IMG/VR virus record: IMGVR_UViG_3300048849_000064
Coordinates: 1 to 40,696 of that record
DNA length: 40,696 nucleotides
Source of the DNA: a virus
Taxonomy: Duplodnaviria > Caudoviricetes
Reading direction: 5' to 3' (one strand)
Shown here: positions 9,101 to 15,885 of the stretch, piece by piece
Layout: every line of letters begins with the position of its first letter
Numbering within the stretch: the stretch's first letter is position 1
The notes under the pieces: model-generated
What the model was told of the DNA's origin: nothing
Database searches by the model: none
What the model saw: only the letters and a program-made list of their open reading frames with translations
Made by a program: the position numbers and the translations under genes

Positions 9101-9417
9101 CGGGTGCGATCAAGTTGGCGCGCGAGTACAACACGAACCAGGCGGCGTTCAACTCCATCAACTCCCAGGCGTCGCAGATCGACCAGTACACGAACGCCTA
9201 CGCCGGCTTGGTGGGCAACTCGGCGTTCATGGCTCCGCAGGTCTGGAACTCGGGTGTGTCGTCGGCGTCGCAGGCACCCATCCCTGACCAGACAATTGTG
9301 GACGGGTCTCAGATCATCGGCTACTTCCGAGGGATCGGCACGCAACAGGCGCGCATCGAGATCGCTGCTCACGACGACGCCGCCGCGATCAACGCTCGCA
9401 TGTACGTGGGACCCTGA
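6163..9417 (+). CDS. Phage tail tape-measure-like protein (1084 aa)
   Basis: N-terminal RSVLVRLKGDV, Ala/Gly-rich helical repeats and hydrophobic segments, GYADGG..PGT...DNI and FAGGG motifs typical of actinophage TMPs. Confidence 0.85.
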   Translation: MTSDRSVLVRLKGDVNPFIREFAKAQASVRAFTNELDTANDRTTMFTQSLLAVAPAAIPIAASATPAIAGLTNQLAFAAAGAGVTALAFSGVGDALKATNDYAIEPTDANLQKMRQSLAELGPAGREFTAFLQEIRPELQGLQDISQAGLLPGAQDGIEALMSRLPQFEGFVGKVSSTIGGLLAEGGDNLADPRWDEFFSFLENEAQPTLEDMGHTLGNFVEGFTDLWMAFDPLSDQFSDGFLQMSRDFATWADGLDQTEGFQEFLDYVSRVGPKTWDTLGALANSLLQVVEAAAPVGEVALPAIEAVADSVAAIADSDVGSAAVGIIALTSAYSRLIAVSKTANSSALGGLFSRSAYAGTATALKDLPRAVLQYDGAAARAQASAGQLAATTGRLGTALSGTAKLAGGAGGLAFVMSDLDDKMGLSNTAMGAMAGTMFGPWGTAIGAGAGLVMDLTSQVDGAAEAVDAFQQAFDQAPDLDAQEEVINAVQKQIDVMKSSDLGFLDDDIEKLEAGLALLREQFRGGSRDAQDLAFREDGLGSSMDKASDATRESTRALVDNINAHNSLADRLLGERGGYRAYQQAIDDATDAAKENGATLDEGTPKGRANAAALDTLAQSWNNLSPAQQNATDAAKGAREAFIGVAVQMGKTRGQAKTLADQYLDMPSLVSTDVKARGLAQTKDDIQAIINTLDRLPKSKDIHIRTYNETYGKPSGGSRENGAGANTGLRVPAGYADGGRVPGTPPSDPTIDNIFAVTAKGNPLMLRSREWIINEPQSDKNDRWLRAINNGLNLDDVFGRGAIPGFAGGGRYDDYSALEHSSRLEIERQKLRIRDIEQSLKERETVGKGKNKHRRDALRGQERKVAQLELKEAKADLATMLRENKQLKNYGTPEQEEAARDAVEAAEEIVRDAADKFTSTKSSAASLFEIGSATSAAQVDRNLSRLLANSQTFLGLLGDLKSKGASPWLLGELVKAGPTPGAIKLAREYNTNQAAFNSINSQASQIDQYTNAYAGLVGNSAFMAPQVWNSGVSSASQAPIPDQTIVDGSQIIGYFRGIGTQQARIEIAAHDDAAAINARMYVGP

Positions 9418-9420
9418 ACC

Positions 9421-9690
9421 ATGGATTCAGTAGAGCCTGACAAAGCGATGGCGTTGGTGACGTTATGCCTTCTCGAGCACGTTCGGGCGATGAAGCGTCA
9501 GGACGGGACCTCGGACGCGGCTTCGACCTATCAGCAACTCGTTGAGCTCGTCGGTTCCGAGCAGAAAGCCGCTCATCTGCTGGGCAGCGGCACTGCGTTC
9601 CTGCTGTTGAGTATGGACGGCAAGAGCGGCATCTTTGATGCCGAACGTGCTCTCCAAGATGGGCTTTTAGGACCCTCAGGGGCAGTTTGA
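9421..9690 (+). CDS. Hypothetical protein
   Basis: Starts 3 nt after the TMP stop. Confidence 0.5.
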   Translation: MDSVEPDKAMALVTLCLLEHVRAMKRQDGTSDAASTYQQLVELVGSEQKAAHLLGSGTAFLLLSMDGKSGIFDAERALQDGLLGPSGAV

Positions 9691-9700
9691 GCTTTACATC

Positions 9701-9874
9701 TCAGACTGCGTCGCCCAGTGTCATACGTCCGCGTCGGTTCGAGTCACAGGTGCTACTAGTGCACTTGCGCTGCTGAGTGGTTTGGGGGGTCGTTTCGTCA
9801 AGGGTCATCGGCATCTTGACGTTGACGAGTCGGACAGGCGAGCCGCACATCTGGCACGGCGAGGTATCGGTCAT
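9701..9874 (-). CDS. Small zinc-ribbon-like protein (57 aa)
   Basis: MTDTSPCQMCG...KCTSSTC (CxxC plus CxxxxC); ATG at 9874. Confidence 0.5.
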   Translation of the reverse strand: MTDTSPCQMCGSPVRLVNVKMPMTLDETTPQTTQQRKCTSSTCDSNRRGRMTLGDAV

Positions 9875-9911
9875 CCTCGCAATGTAGACCCGTCGTGCGA
9901 CATCGATCTGA

Positions 9912-9931
9912 TCGAACACGCGTTCTACCAT
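9912..9931 (+). promoter_or_regulatory. LexA (SOS) box overlapping a -10 element
   Basis: TCGAACACGCGTTCTA (9912-9927) vs actinobacterial consensus TCGAAC-N4-GTTCGA; -10 TACCAT at 9926-9931, 6 nt before ATG 9938. Confidence 0.7.
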
Positions 9932-9937
9932 CTCCGC

Positions 9938-10204
9938 ATGGGTATGAACCGGTCGAAGCGAGACGTCTGGCCGCCCTACGAGCCCACCAGGCACGTACTC
10001 ATCAAGCGCCAGGACTACCGGTACGCGCGGCCTTTCCAAGGCTTCGTTGTCGACTGGAAGCGGGCCGGCAAGAAGTGGGAGGCGCTCGTCGTGTTCATGG
10101 ATGAGCGTCAGGACGGAACGCCCCTTGTCCAGACGTGGTTCCCGGTCGACCAGCTCACGCCGTGCCACCCCGACCCAAACCCATCGAAGGACCCTTGGTT
10201 CTGA
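9938..10204 (+). CDS. Small beta-rich protein, probably leaderless and SOS-regulated
   Basis: MGMNRSKRDVWPPYEPTRHVLIK...QTWFPVDQLTP; LexA box and -10 directly upstream. Confidence 0.65.
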   Translation: MGMNRSKRDVWPPYEPTRHVLIKRQDYRYARPFQGFVVDWKRAGKKWEALVVFMDERQDGTPLVQTWFPVDQLTPCHPDPNPSKDPWF

Positions 10205-10257
10205 ATCGCTGGCCGCGCCCCGAGCCCTCGGCCGCACAAAAACCACATGCGCGGCAA

Positions 10258-10830
10258 CTACTGAAGGCGAGCGAATGCCTCGGCGTCGCTAGCTAGCTCT
10301 ATGTACGCAAGCTCGCGGCGTGCCGTCAAAATCTGTAGTTCTGCTTTCACATCTGCCTGCGGTGCTTGAGACAAGATCATACGCCCCACGACTTCGGTTA
10401 GCGGCTGGCCGATCGCTGCCTTGAAGTTGAACCCGACGAGCTGAAGGATCGTGAAAGTCTCCGTCGAGAGAAGTTCCTTAACGACATCCATCATCTCTTC
10501 CGGGGGCCGTTCGGACTCGTCCATCATGCCGACCAATTTCTCGACCGTAGGTACAACCTTGTCCGTGATGTACGAGATGTCGGAGTCGGAAACCCGTTGA
10601 GCAACGAGCGCATCTTCCAGCCCTCGAGCGATGCCGAGCAGTTGGGCCTTCTCATCGACGAGTTCGTTGATAATCTCGACTAGCTCGTTCACAGTCGATT
10701 CGTCTTGCTTGCGAGCACGGACGGACTGGATTCGGGTGAAAACAGCACTCGCCGTATTTTTGATGGCCAGCTCGCCGAGTCGCGTCAAGAGATCGGCCAG
10801 TTCTGGGGTCATAGTGCTCATGGAATTCAC
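10258..10830 (-). CDS. Hypothetical helical protein (last gene of cargo cluster)
   Basis: 190 aa, coiled-coil-like; same strand and 35 nt downstream of the tripartite operon. Confidence 0.7.
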   Translation of the reverse strand: MNSMSTMTPELADLLTRLGELAIKNTASAVFTRIQSVRARKQDESTVNELVEIINELVDEKAQLLGIARGLEDALVAQRVSDSDISYITDKVVPTVEKLVGMMDESERPPEEMMDVVKELLSTETFTILQLVGFNFKAAIGQPLTEVVGRMILSQAPQADVKAELQILTARRELAYIELASDAEAFARLQ

Positions 10831-10865
10831 CCTATCCGGACCCGACCCCGTCAGGATGCTCGTTT

Positions 10866-11315
10866 CTAACCCTTCGATTCTGCCAACTTTTCGTCCGGCA
10901 GCAGGTATTCGGAGGCCCGGACCGCGTACAGCTCGATAGTGGCACTCTCGGTGTGACCGCTGGCGTCATCTGTCAGTTCAGCGACGAAGCGGTATGTGCC
11001 GAATTCGGTCACAGCAATCTGGAACTCATTGGGAATGTCTGCGCCGCCGGGGGGGATGCCTGGAATTCTAAGACCTGCGACCTCGAACTGACCCTCTTGG
11101 ACAGCGATGACCCGGCCGTTCGGCGAGGCAACTTCGACCCGGATCCGATATTTCGACCCGGTGGTCAGATCAACTATGCGCGTTAAGACTGCGCGCTTCG
11201 TATGAGACGGCAAGGAGTCTGTGGCGTAGACGTTCTGATTCAGTCCGACGAGCGTGAATGCGCCCCTGGCGTCCAGCGCTATCCCCTCAGCCAGAATCAT
11301 CCACTCGATTCTCAC
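10866..11315 (-). CDS. Beta-sandwich protein resembling DUF6941
   Basis: MRIEWMILAE...D..G.FTLVG, alternating beta-strand pattern, EFGTYRF; GTGA-coupled to the HTH gene. Confidence 0.65.
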   Translation of the reverse strand: MRIEWMILAEGIALDARGAFTLVGLNQNVYATDSLPSHTKRAVLTRIVDLTTGSKYRIRVEVASPNGRVIAVQEGQFEVAGLRIPGIPPGGADIPNEFQIAVTEFGTYRFVAELTDDASGHTESATIELYAVRASEYLLPDEKLAESKG

Positions 11316-11872
11316 GCATCGACCTTTGCGTCGCTCCGCCCGTGGGACCCGTCGCTGATCGAGAACGAATCGGAACCAAACCAGTTCCCCCGGCCCGTGG
11401 TGGAGGGGGTTGCGAAGGTGACTTCAGGCGCGTTTGACGCGGACTTGCCGGCGTAGGTCCCTACGACGTACTTCACTTTGGGCCGAACTTCTCCCACGAG
11501 TTCGAAGCCTAGAACATCCAGAAGTTCGGCCAGGCGTGCAAGTCCAGCGTTCTCATAATCGCGCGACTCATCCCGCTGGATACTTTGTTCCTGAACGCCT
11601 GCGTGCTTGGCGAGAGTCGAGTGAGTCCAGCCATTGTGGATTCGAGCCTTGATCAAAGCAGGTCCAAGGTCGTCGACGCACGTGATCGGAAATTGATCCA
11701 TCTGCTGATCGCGAACCTGGCAGTACTGCTCCATCTCCCACTGGAGATCATCGATCAGGTCCGTATAAGCGCGCCACGAGGTTTTGTCGGTCGTCCCCGC
11801 TGAGGCCCGAGCCTCCTCCAGACCGCTCAGTTTTGACGAAGCAACGTTCAGTTGGCGTTCGTTCTTGATCAT
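11312..11872 (-). CDS. XRE-family HTH protein (antitoxin-like) with a long C-terminal tail
   Basis: MIKNERQ N-terminus; LIKARIHNGWTHSTLAKHAGVQEQSIQRDE HTH; ATG 11872 just after the NTase stop. Confidence 0.8.
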   Translation of the reverse strand: MIKNERQLNVASSKLSGLEEARASAGTTDKTSWRAYTDLIDDLQWEMEQYCQVRDQQMDQFPITCVDDLGPALIKARIHNGWTHSTLAKHAGVQEQSIQRDESRDYENAGLARLAELLDVLGFELVGEVRPKVKYVVGTYAGKSASNAPEVTFATPSTTGRGNWFGSDSFSISDGSHGRSDAKVDA

Positions 11873-11879
11873 TCGGGTC

Positions 11880-12335
11880 CTAGTCCATTCTGAGACGGAC
11901 GAGACCTCGGGGGTTTCCATCCGCGTCACTCTCAAAGAACTCTTTGATCGTTATCCGGGAGGAAGCCCCGAGGGCCGCCGTTGTGTTTTTGGAGTTCTGC
12001 CACCCGGGGAATCGCCACAAATCGACCCGGTGGTATTTCTTCATGTGTGCGCGACGGCTGGGTCCCACATCGGCCCAGTCTGAGTCGTCGCTGCTTGGAT
12101 CTACCTGGTAGACCACGTCTGCGTCGCCAGGCCGGATCTTGTCAGTCGCAAACGAGCCATCGAGCCACACGATCGAAACACCGTGTGCTCGGAGCTGGTC
12201 GACGACGTGTTTGAGGCCCACGAAAATCTCGCGCCGCCGATAGTTGTAGGCAAACCGCTCTTCGACTTCATCCCAATCCGCCTCCCACTCGCCGCTTGGT
12301 AGGTACCCGGAGTCTTCAAAATCCGGCAAGGCCAT
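11880..12335 (-). CDS. Pol-beta-type minimal nucleotidyltransferase (DUF6932-like)
   Basis: G.LP.G N-terminus, WLDGSF.T.K..PGDADV (GS...DxD) motif, third acidic residue in VDL. Confidence 0.8.
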   Translation of the reverse strand: MALPDFEDSGYLPSGEWEADWDEVEERFAYNYRRREIFVGLKHVVDQLRAHGVSIVWLDGSFATDKIRPGDADVVYQVDPSSDDSDWADVGPSRRAHMKKYHRVDLWRFPGWQNSKNTTAALGASSRITIKEFFESDADGNPRGLVRLRMD

Positions 12336-12635
12336 CCTATCAACCCAACATGAAGGTTGTGTTGAATGTACGCATCTTCACACCGCCGGTCTAGAGGGTT
12401 TGGCCAACTACTTGTATCAGCATGTAGGGGACCCGAGGTGAACCACAACGCGGAAATGTCGCGGCGGGTCGCGATGTACCTCGGTCCGATGACGGCGAAC
12501 CTCCGGCACATGAGAGTGTCTCCGCACGCATAGTGCCCGTTCCAATACCCAGCAGAGGCTGCGCCGTCAGAGCAACCGAGTGCGTCCGTAGGGGCGTCCG
12601 GCGCCATGAGTTGAGGACGGTGAGACCGTTCGCGG

Positions 12636-12803
12636 TCAGAGCCCTGGTGCCTCGTGGGTAGGGTCAATGATGCACTCGTAGCGACTCGACCGGAGCTGTT
12701 CGCCACCCTGCCAAGAGTCGAAATACGTCTTCACGAACTCCACGTCGCTGCCGCAGTCTGTACATCTGAACGGAGTGGGTTGCCGTTCGTATCGGATGCT
12801 CAT
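12636..12803 (-). CDS. Small zinc-ribbon-like protein (55 aa)
   Basis: MSIRYERQPTPFRCTDCG...YECIIDPTH (CxxC plus C..H). Confidence 0.45.
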   Translation of the reverse strand: MSIRYERQPTPFRCTDCGSDVEFVKTYFDSWQGGEQLRSSRYECIIDPTHEAPGL

Positions 12804-12852
12804 AATTCGACCGTATGTGAAGACATGCCAAGTCGCGAGCAAATGGGCTCCG

Positions 12853-13413
12853 CTAATAACCCTCGATCACGTTCGTGACCTTCGCCTTGGCCTCAGCATC
12901 CGCGTTCCTCGTCTGCACGGTGATCTCGGGTTCGAACGAGAACGAGTCGTCCGTCAACGTAAACGTCTGGACCTGGGGGCCGTCCTCGATTCCTCGAACC
13001 TCATAGGTGATCTCCCAGGTTCCCGTAGGAGTCTGCAAGCCTTCGTAATTGGGCTCAACTCGGTACGTCACATTGCAACCCGCGCTGCCGAAACACTTCC
13101 GCTCCTTCACCGACAGGTCGATGGAGAAATCGGTCGCCGTGGGCTCGTAACTGGGCTCTTCTGTCTCTTCGACGGCAGGGACGTCTTCATCAGCGTCGTC
13201 AGACGTTTCGCTCGATGCAACCGTGTCGCTCTCCTCGGATTCGTCATCGTCGCTAGCAACGGACACCACGCCGAGCGTCACCAGCGCGCCAATGATCGCA
13301 CCCACGACTAGACCAAGGAGCGCCGCGAACGCCGTCGAGTGTCGAGCAGTCGGCTTCGTCGTTTCGTGTTCGGTTGTCAGAGGCTGCACAGGGGTCTGAC
13401 GGTCTTCGCTCAC
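12853..13413 (-). CDS. Membrane-anchored extracytoplasmic protein
   Basis: One TM helix, acidic S/E/D linker, CFGSAGC beta domain of a type common in actinophage accessory regions. Confidence 0.75.
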   Translation of the reverse strand: MSEDRQTPVQPLTTEHETTKPTARHSTAFAALLGLVVGAIIGALVTLGVVSVASDDDESEESDTVASSETSDDADEDVPAVEETEEPSYEPTATDFSIDLSVKERKCFGSAGCNVTYRVEPNYEGLQTPTGTWEITYEVRGIEDGPQVQTFTLTDDSFSFEPEITVQTRNADAEAKAKVTNVIEGY

Positions 13414-13483
13414 GGGTTATTGGTCCTTTGTTCGGGTTTCGGAAAGAGTGGCATGACGAGAACCGCTTCGTAGTGCCTTTGCG

Positions 13484-14293
13484 TCAACGCGGCTCGGGAA
13501 AGTTCTCAGGAGTCAGGCCACCCTTAGGCATCTGAAGCTTGGACCGACTGCCGCCAGCCCGATATGCGTTCCAAGCGAGGATGACGAGCGCAAGTGCCTC
13601 CGTCTCGTTCACTCGTCCGCCGCCGACCCGGAGTTTGACGATGCGGTTTCGCAGCGCCGCGATGGGGGAGTCGGCCGCTATCCCGTCACCGTCTGCGACT
13701 CGGGCGAGGAACCAGTCGGCATCGTCCGGGTCCAGCGGCGAGAACAGCCAGTGACATAAACCGATCACGGACGCCGGTAGGAAAGTCCTCGTCGAGTAGC
13801 GAGCTGCCACTTCTGCAGACGTCCGGATCTGCGGCTGTGCGCCGATGAAGGCATTCATCTCGCGCGCGGTTGGACGGACTGCTCCCGTGTTCGTGCGGGC
13901 GCCTCGTTGCCACATCACAGCACGCCTGACGACCGCAGCGAGAGTCGTGGTGTTCTCTTCGCCTTGCAGCTTCAGCGCGTCCGCGTAGGTCCGTTTCGCG
14001 CCTACGTCCACAGTGTCCATGACGCCGGCATCTACGCCGCGCATGACGACCATCGAGACTGTCACGTCAGCGACAACGATCGCGGTCAGCCGGTGCTGTC
14101 CGTCGATGAGTTTGCCGGACTGGTCGAACTTGAGCGTTTCGCCGTTGAGCATCCAGTTGCCGGCGAGCATGTCGCGGGCGTAGGAGTTCACGACCGGATG
14201 ACGCAGGTTGCGGTTGTTCGGGTTCTTCGAGAGCCAGGCCTCAGCCATGGATGGGGTGACGTCGACGATCTCGACGGTGGGGGAGATAGGCAT
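13484..14293 (-). CDS. ParB/Srx-fold (DGQHR) domain protein
   Basis: VTPSMAEAWL..N.NNR...YARDM..G.W..NGE...LIDGQHRL; RBS GAAGGA before ATG 14293. Confidence 0.8.
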   Translation of the reverse strand: MPISPTVEIVDVTPSMAEAWLSKNPNNRNLRHPVVNSYARDMLAGNWMLNGETLKFDQSGKLIDGQHRLTAIVVADVTVSMVVMRGVDAGVMDTVDVGAKRTYADALKLQGEENTTTLAAVVRRAVMWQRGARTNTGAVRPTAREMNAFIGAQPQIRTSAEVAARYSTRTFLPASVIGLCHWLFSPLDPDDADWFLARVADGDGIAADSPIAALRNRIVKLRVGGGRVNETEALALVILAWNAYRAGGSRSKLQMPKGGLTPENFPEPR

Positions 14294-14311
14294 TGCTGTT
14301 CCTTCGGGGAG

Positions 14312-14413
14312 TGTCCGCAATTGCGGACAGGCGGAGGTGTTACCGGGGGTAACAGGTGTCCACCGCTGGACACCATGAGGCCGCCGCCCAGGTGGCAACT
14401 CGGTTGCCACCTG
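14312..14413. repeat. Array of four distinct palindromes
   Basis: TGTCCGCAA|TTGCGGACA (14312-14329); TGTTACC-GGG-GGTAACA (14338-14354); GGTGTCCA-CCGC-TGGACACC (14355-14374); CAGGTGGCAAC-TCG-GTTGCCACCTG (14389-14413). Confidence 0.9.
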
Positions 14414-14456
14414 AACAGCGGGCACGGTGAGCCGCGGGTGCCGTTCGGGTGGGGGA

Positions 14457-14618
14457 TCATGTGCTTGCCTCCGGAGCGTCGAGGAGGCTCGTCATGATGC
14501 GCATGCGCTCTTCGTGGTCAAGGGCGTTGTCGAGCGGCAGCCGTGGACCAGAGGTGTTCACGATTTGCGCTGGGCGCCCTAGCTGGTCCACGTCGATGAC
14601 CTGAAATCCCGCGGTCAT
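14457..14618 (-). CDS. Mini-protein paralog C (53 aa)
   Basis: MTAGFQVIDVDQLGRPAQIVNTSGPRLPLDNALDHEERMRIMTSLLDAPEAST; ATGA-coupled; not in the ORF track. Confidence 0.7.
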   Translation of the reverse strand: MTAGFQVIDVDQLGRPAQIVNTSGPRLPLDNALDHEERMRIMTSLLDAPEAST

Positions 14619-14776
14619 GCCGACTCCTCAATCGGGTCGAAGAACTTCTTCAGAATGCCGATTCGCTGTTCGCAGGTCAGTCCTGTGTCCAGAAGTAGAA
14701 GCTTCGGTCCACCCGTGCGGACGATCATGGCCGGTTGACCCAGCTCTTCCACGTCAATGACACGCAGGGTGCTCAT
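14615..14776 (-). CDS. Mini-protein paralog B (53 aa)
   Basis: MSTLRVIDVEELGQPAMIVRTGGPKLLLLDTGLTCEQRIGILKKFFDPIEESA; ATGA-coupled at both ends. Confidence 0.75.
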   Translation of the reverse strand: MSTLRVIDVEELGQPAMIVRTGGPKLLLLDTGLTCEQRIGILKKFFDPIEESA

Positions 14777-15048
14777 TGGGGGCAACCTTCCAGCGCGAGA
14801 TCCACGGCCGCCTTGGCGAGCTCGAGTCGTTCGCGCATCGACAGCGAGGAGTCCGAGATGTCGATGCGGTCACAGGCCACCTCGTCGATGCCGAGAACCA
14901 TCGCGACGTCGATCGCGCCGGAATCCCCTCGACACACCTCGCCGCGCTTGAACCGCACACGCAGGTCCGGATCGGTGGTGACATCGACGGTGTGGCCTTG
15001 GCCGCTCCGGGCTTCGAAGGCGCGGAGGCGAGTTGTCGGCGCACTCAT
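14773..15048 (-). CDS. Hypothetical protein (91 aa)
   Basis: Starts MSAPTTRLR at ATG 15048 after RBS GAGGAG; ATGA overlaps at both ends. Confidence 0.65.
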   Translation of the reverse strand: MSAPTTRLRAFEARSGQGHTVDVTTDPDLRVRFKRGEVCRGDSGAIDVAMVLGIDEVACDRIDISDSSLSMRERLELAKAAVDLALEGCPQ

Positions 15049-15200
15049 GAGCACTCCTCGCGGATGACGCTGTTCAGGATCCTCATGCGTTCGTCGCCGT
15101 CTAGATCCGCGTCCAGCAGCAGCAACCCCTGTGGTTCGAGGTCCACGATCACACACTCCTCACCCAGTCCGGCAACATCGATGACGCGCAAACCGCTCAT
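15045..15200 (-). CDS. Mini-protein paralog A (51 aa)
   Basis: MSGLRVIDVAGLGEECVIVDLEPQGLLLLDADLDGDERMRILNSVIREECS; RBS GAAGG; ATGA-coupled. Confidence 0.75.
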   Translation of the reverse strand: MSGLRVIDVAGLGEECVIVDLEPQGLLLLDADLDGDERMRILNSVIREECS

Positions 15201-15652
15201 GCGCTGACCTTCTTCGTCAGCATCGCTTTGAGCGCCTCGGAAACGCCGGCGAGCTCGAGCACTCGCTCAGCGCCGGTGATGTTGATGTCGCTGGCGTGAA
15301 CCATCGCCTGGAGCATGATCGTGATCTCCGTGGCTAGCGCAAGGGCCTCGTTGGGCTTGAAGTTCAGGCTGATGTCGTCGCCGACTTGGACGAACAGCTC
15401 CTGCCCTTCGCCCCAGTGCTCGGCCCAGTAGAGGCCGACGCCGACTGCGGGGACCGAGGCGCCGTCGATCGTCTCGACCCGGTCGAAGAAGCCACCGGAG
15501 GCGAGGATGTAACTGCCGGCGCTGATGGCGTGATGTTCACCGTGGCACGTGTTGTCCTCGGTGTTGTTCGTGCACCATTCCGGACAGTTCTGCGGGTCCC
15601 AGTTGTTGCGGCGCTTCGTCTGGGCCGCTGAAGTTTCGGTAGTCTGACTCAC
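15197..15652 (-). CDS. CP.WC...H protein (DUF6907-like), first gene of the leftward operon
   Basis: CPEWCT...CHGEHH motif; RBS AAGGAG before GTG 15652. Confidence 0.7.
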   Translation of the reverse strand: MSQTTETSAAQTKRRNNWDPQNCPEWCTNNTEDNTCHGEHHAISAGSYILASGGFFDRVETIDGASVPAVGVGLYWAEHWGEGQELFVQVGDDISLNFKPNEALALATEITIMLQAMVHASDINITGAERVLELAGVSEALKAMLTKKVSA

Positions 15653-15849
15653 AGTTCGATCTCCTTCGTTGAGGTTGGACTCACGTCCTCGGCCGGCTTC
15701 AACGGCGCGGGGACACTTCTTTTCATCAGAGGGTTGTTGGCGGGTAGGACAGTGATTTCAGTCGGTGATATTTCGATGCACAGCGCTTGCTATCGTTTGT
15801 TGCATGTCTTGCCTTTCCGAGAGTCCGCACAGCGTTCATACGTCCCTAG

Positions 15850-15870
15850 TGCGCGACTAACTGGACTGAG
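15850..15870 (+). repeat. attR of element 1 (TGCGCGACTAACTGGACTGAG)
   Basis: Copy of the sigA 3' end with one mismatch; host-like high-GC genes resume at 15886. Confidence 0.9.
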
Positions 15871-15885
15871 CTGACCTCGTCCCCG

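Larger units (their letters stand above)
108..15870. mobile_element. Integrated phage-satellite/PICI-like element (~15.7 kb) at the sigA 3' end
   Basis: Flanking 21-bp direct repeats, tyrosine integrase, AAA_25 Rep plus iterons, excisionase HTH, WhiB and tape measure; no recognisable head or packaging genes; less GC-biased codon use than host genes (by eye). Confidence 0.85.

Noticed and set aside
14312-14413. Palindrome array as a CRISPR array or integron attC cassettes
   Set aside because: Units are not identical repeats, there are no regular spacers or cas genes, and no attC-type ends
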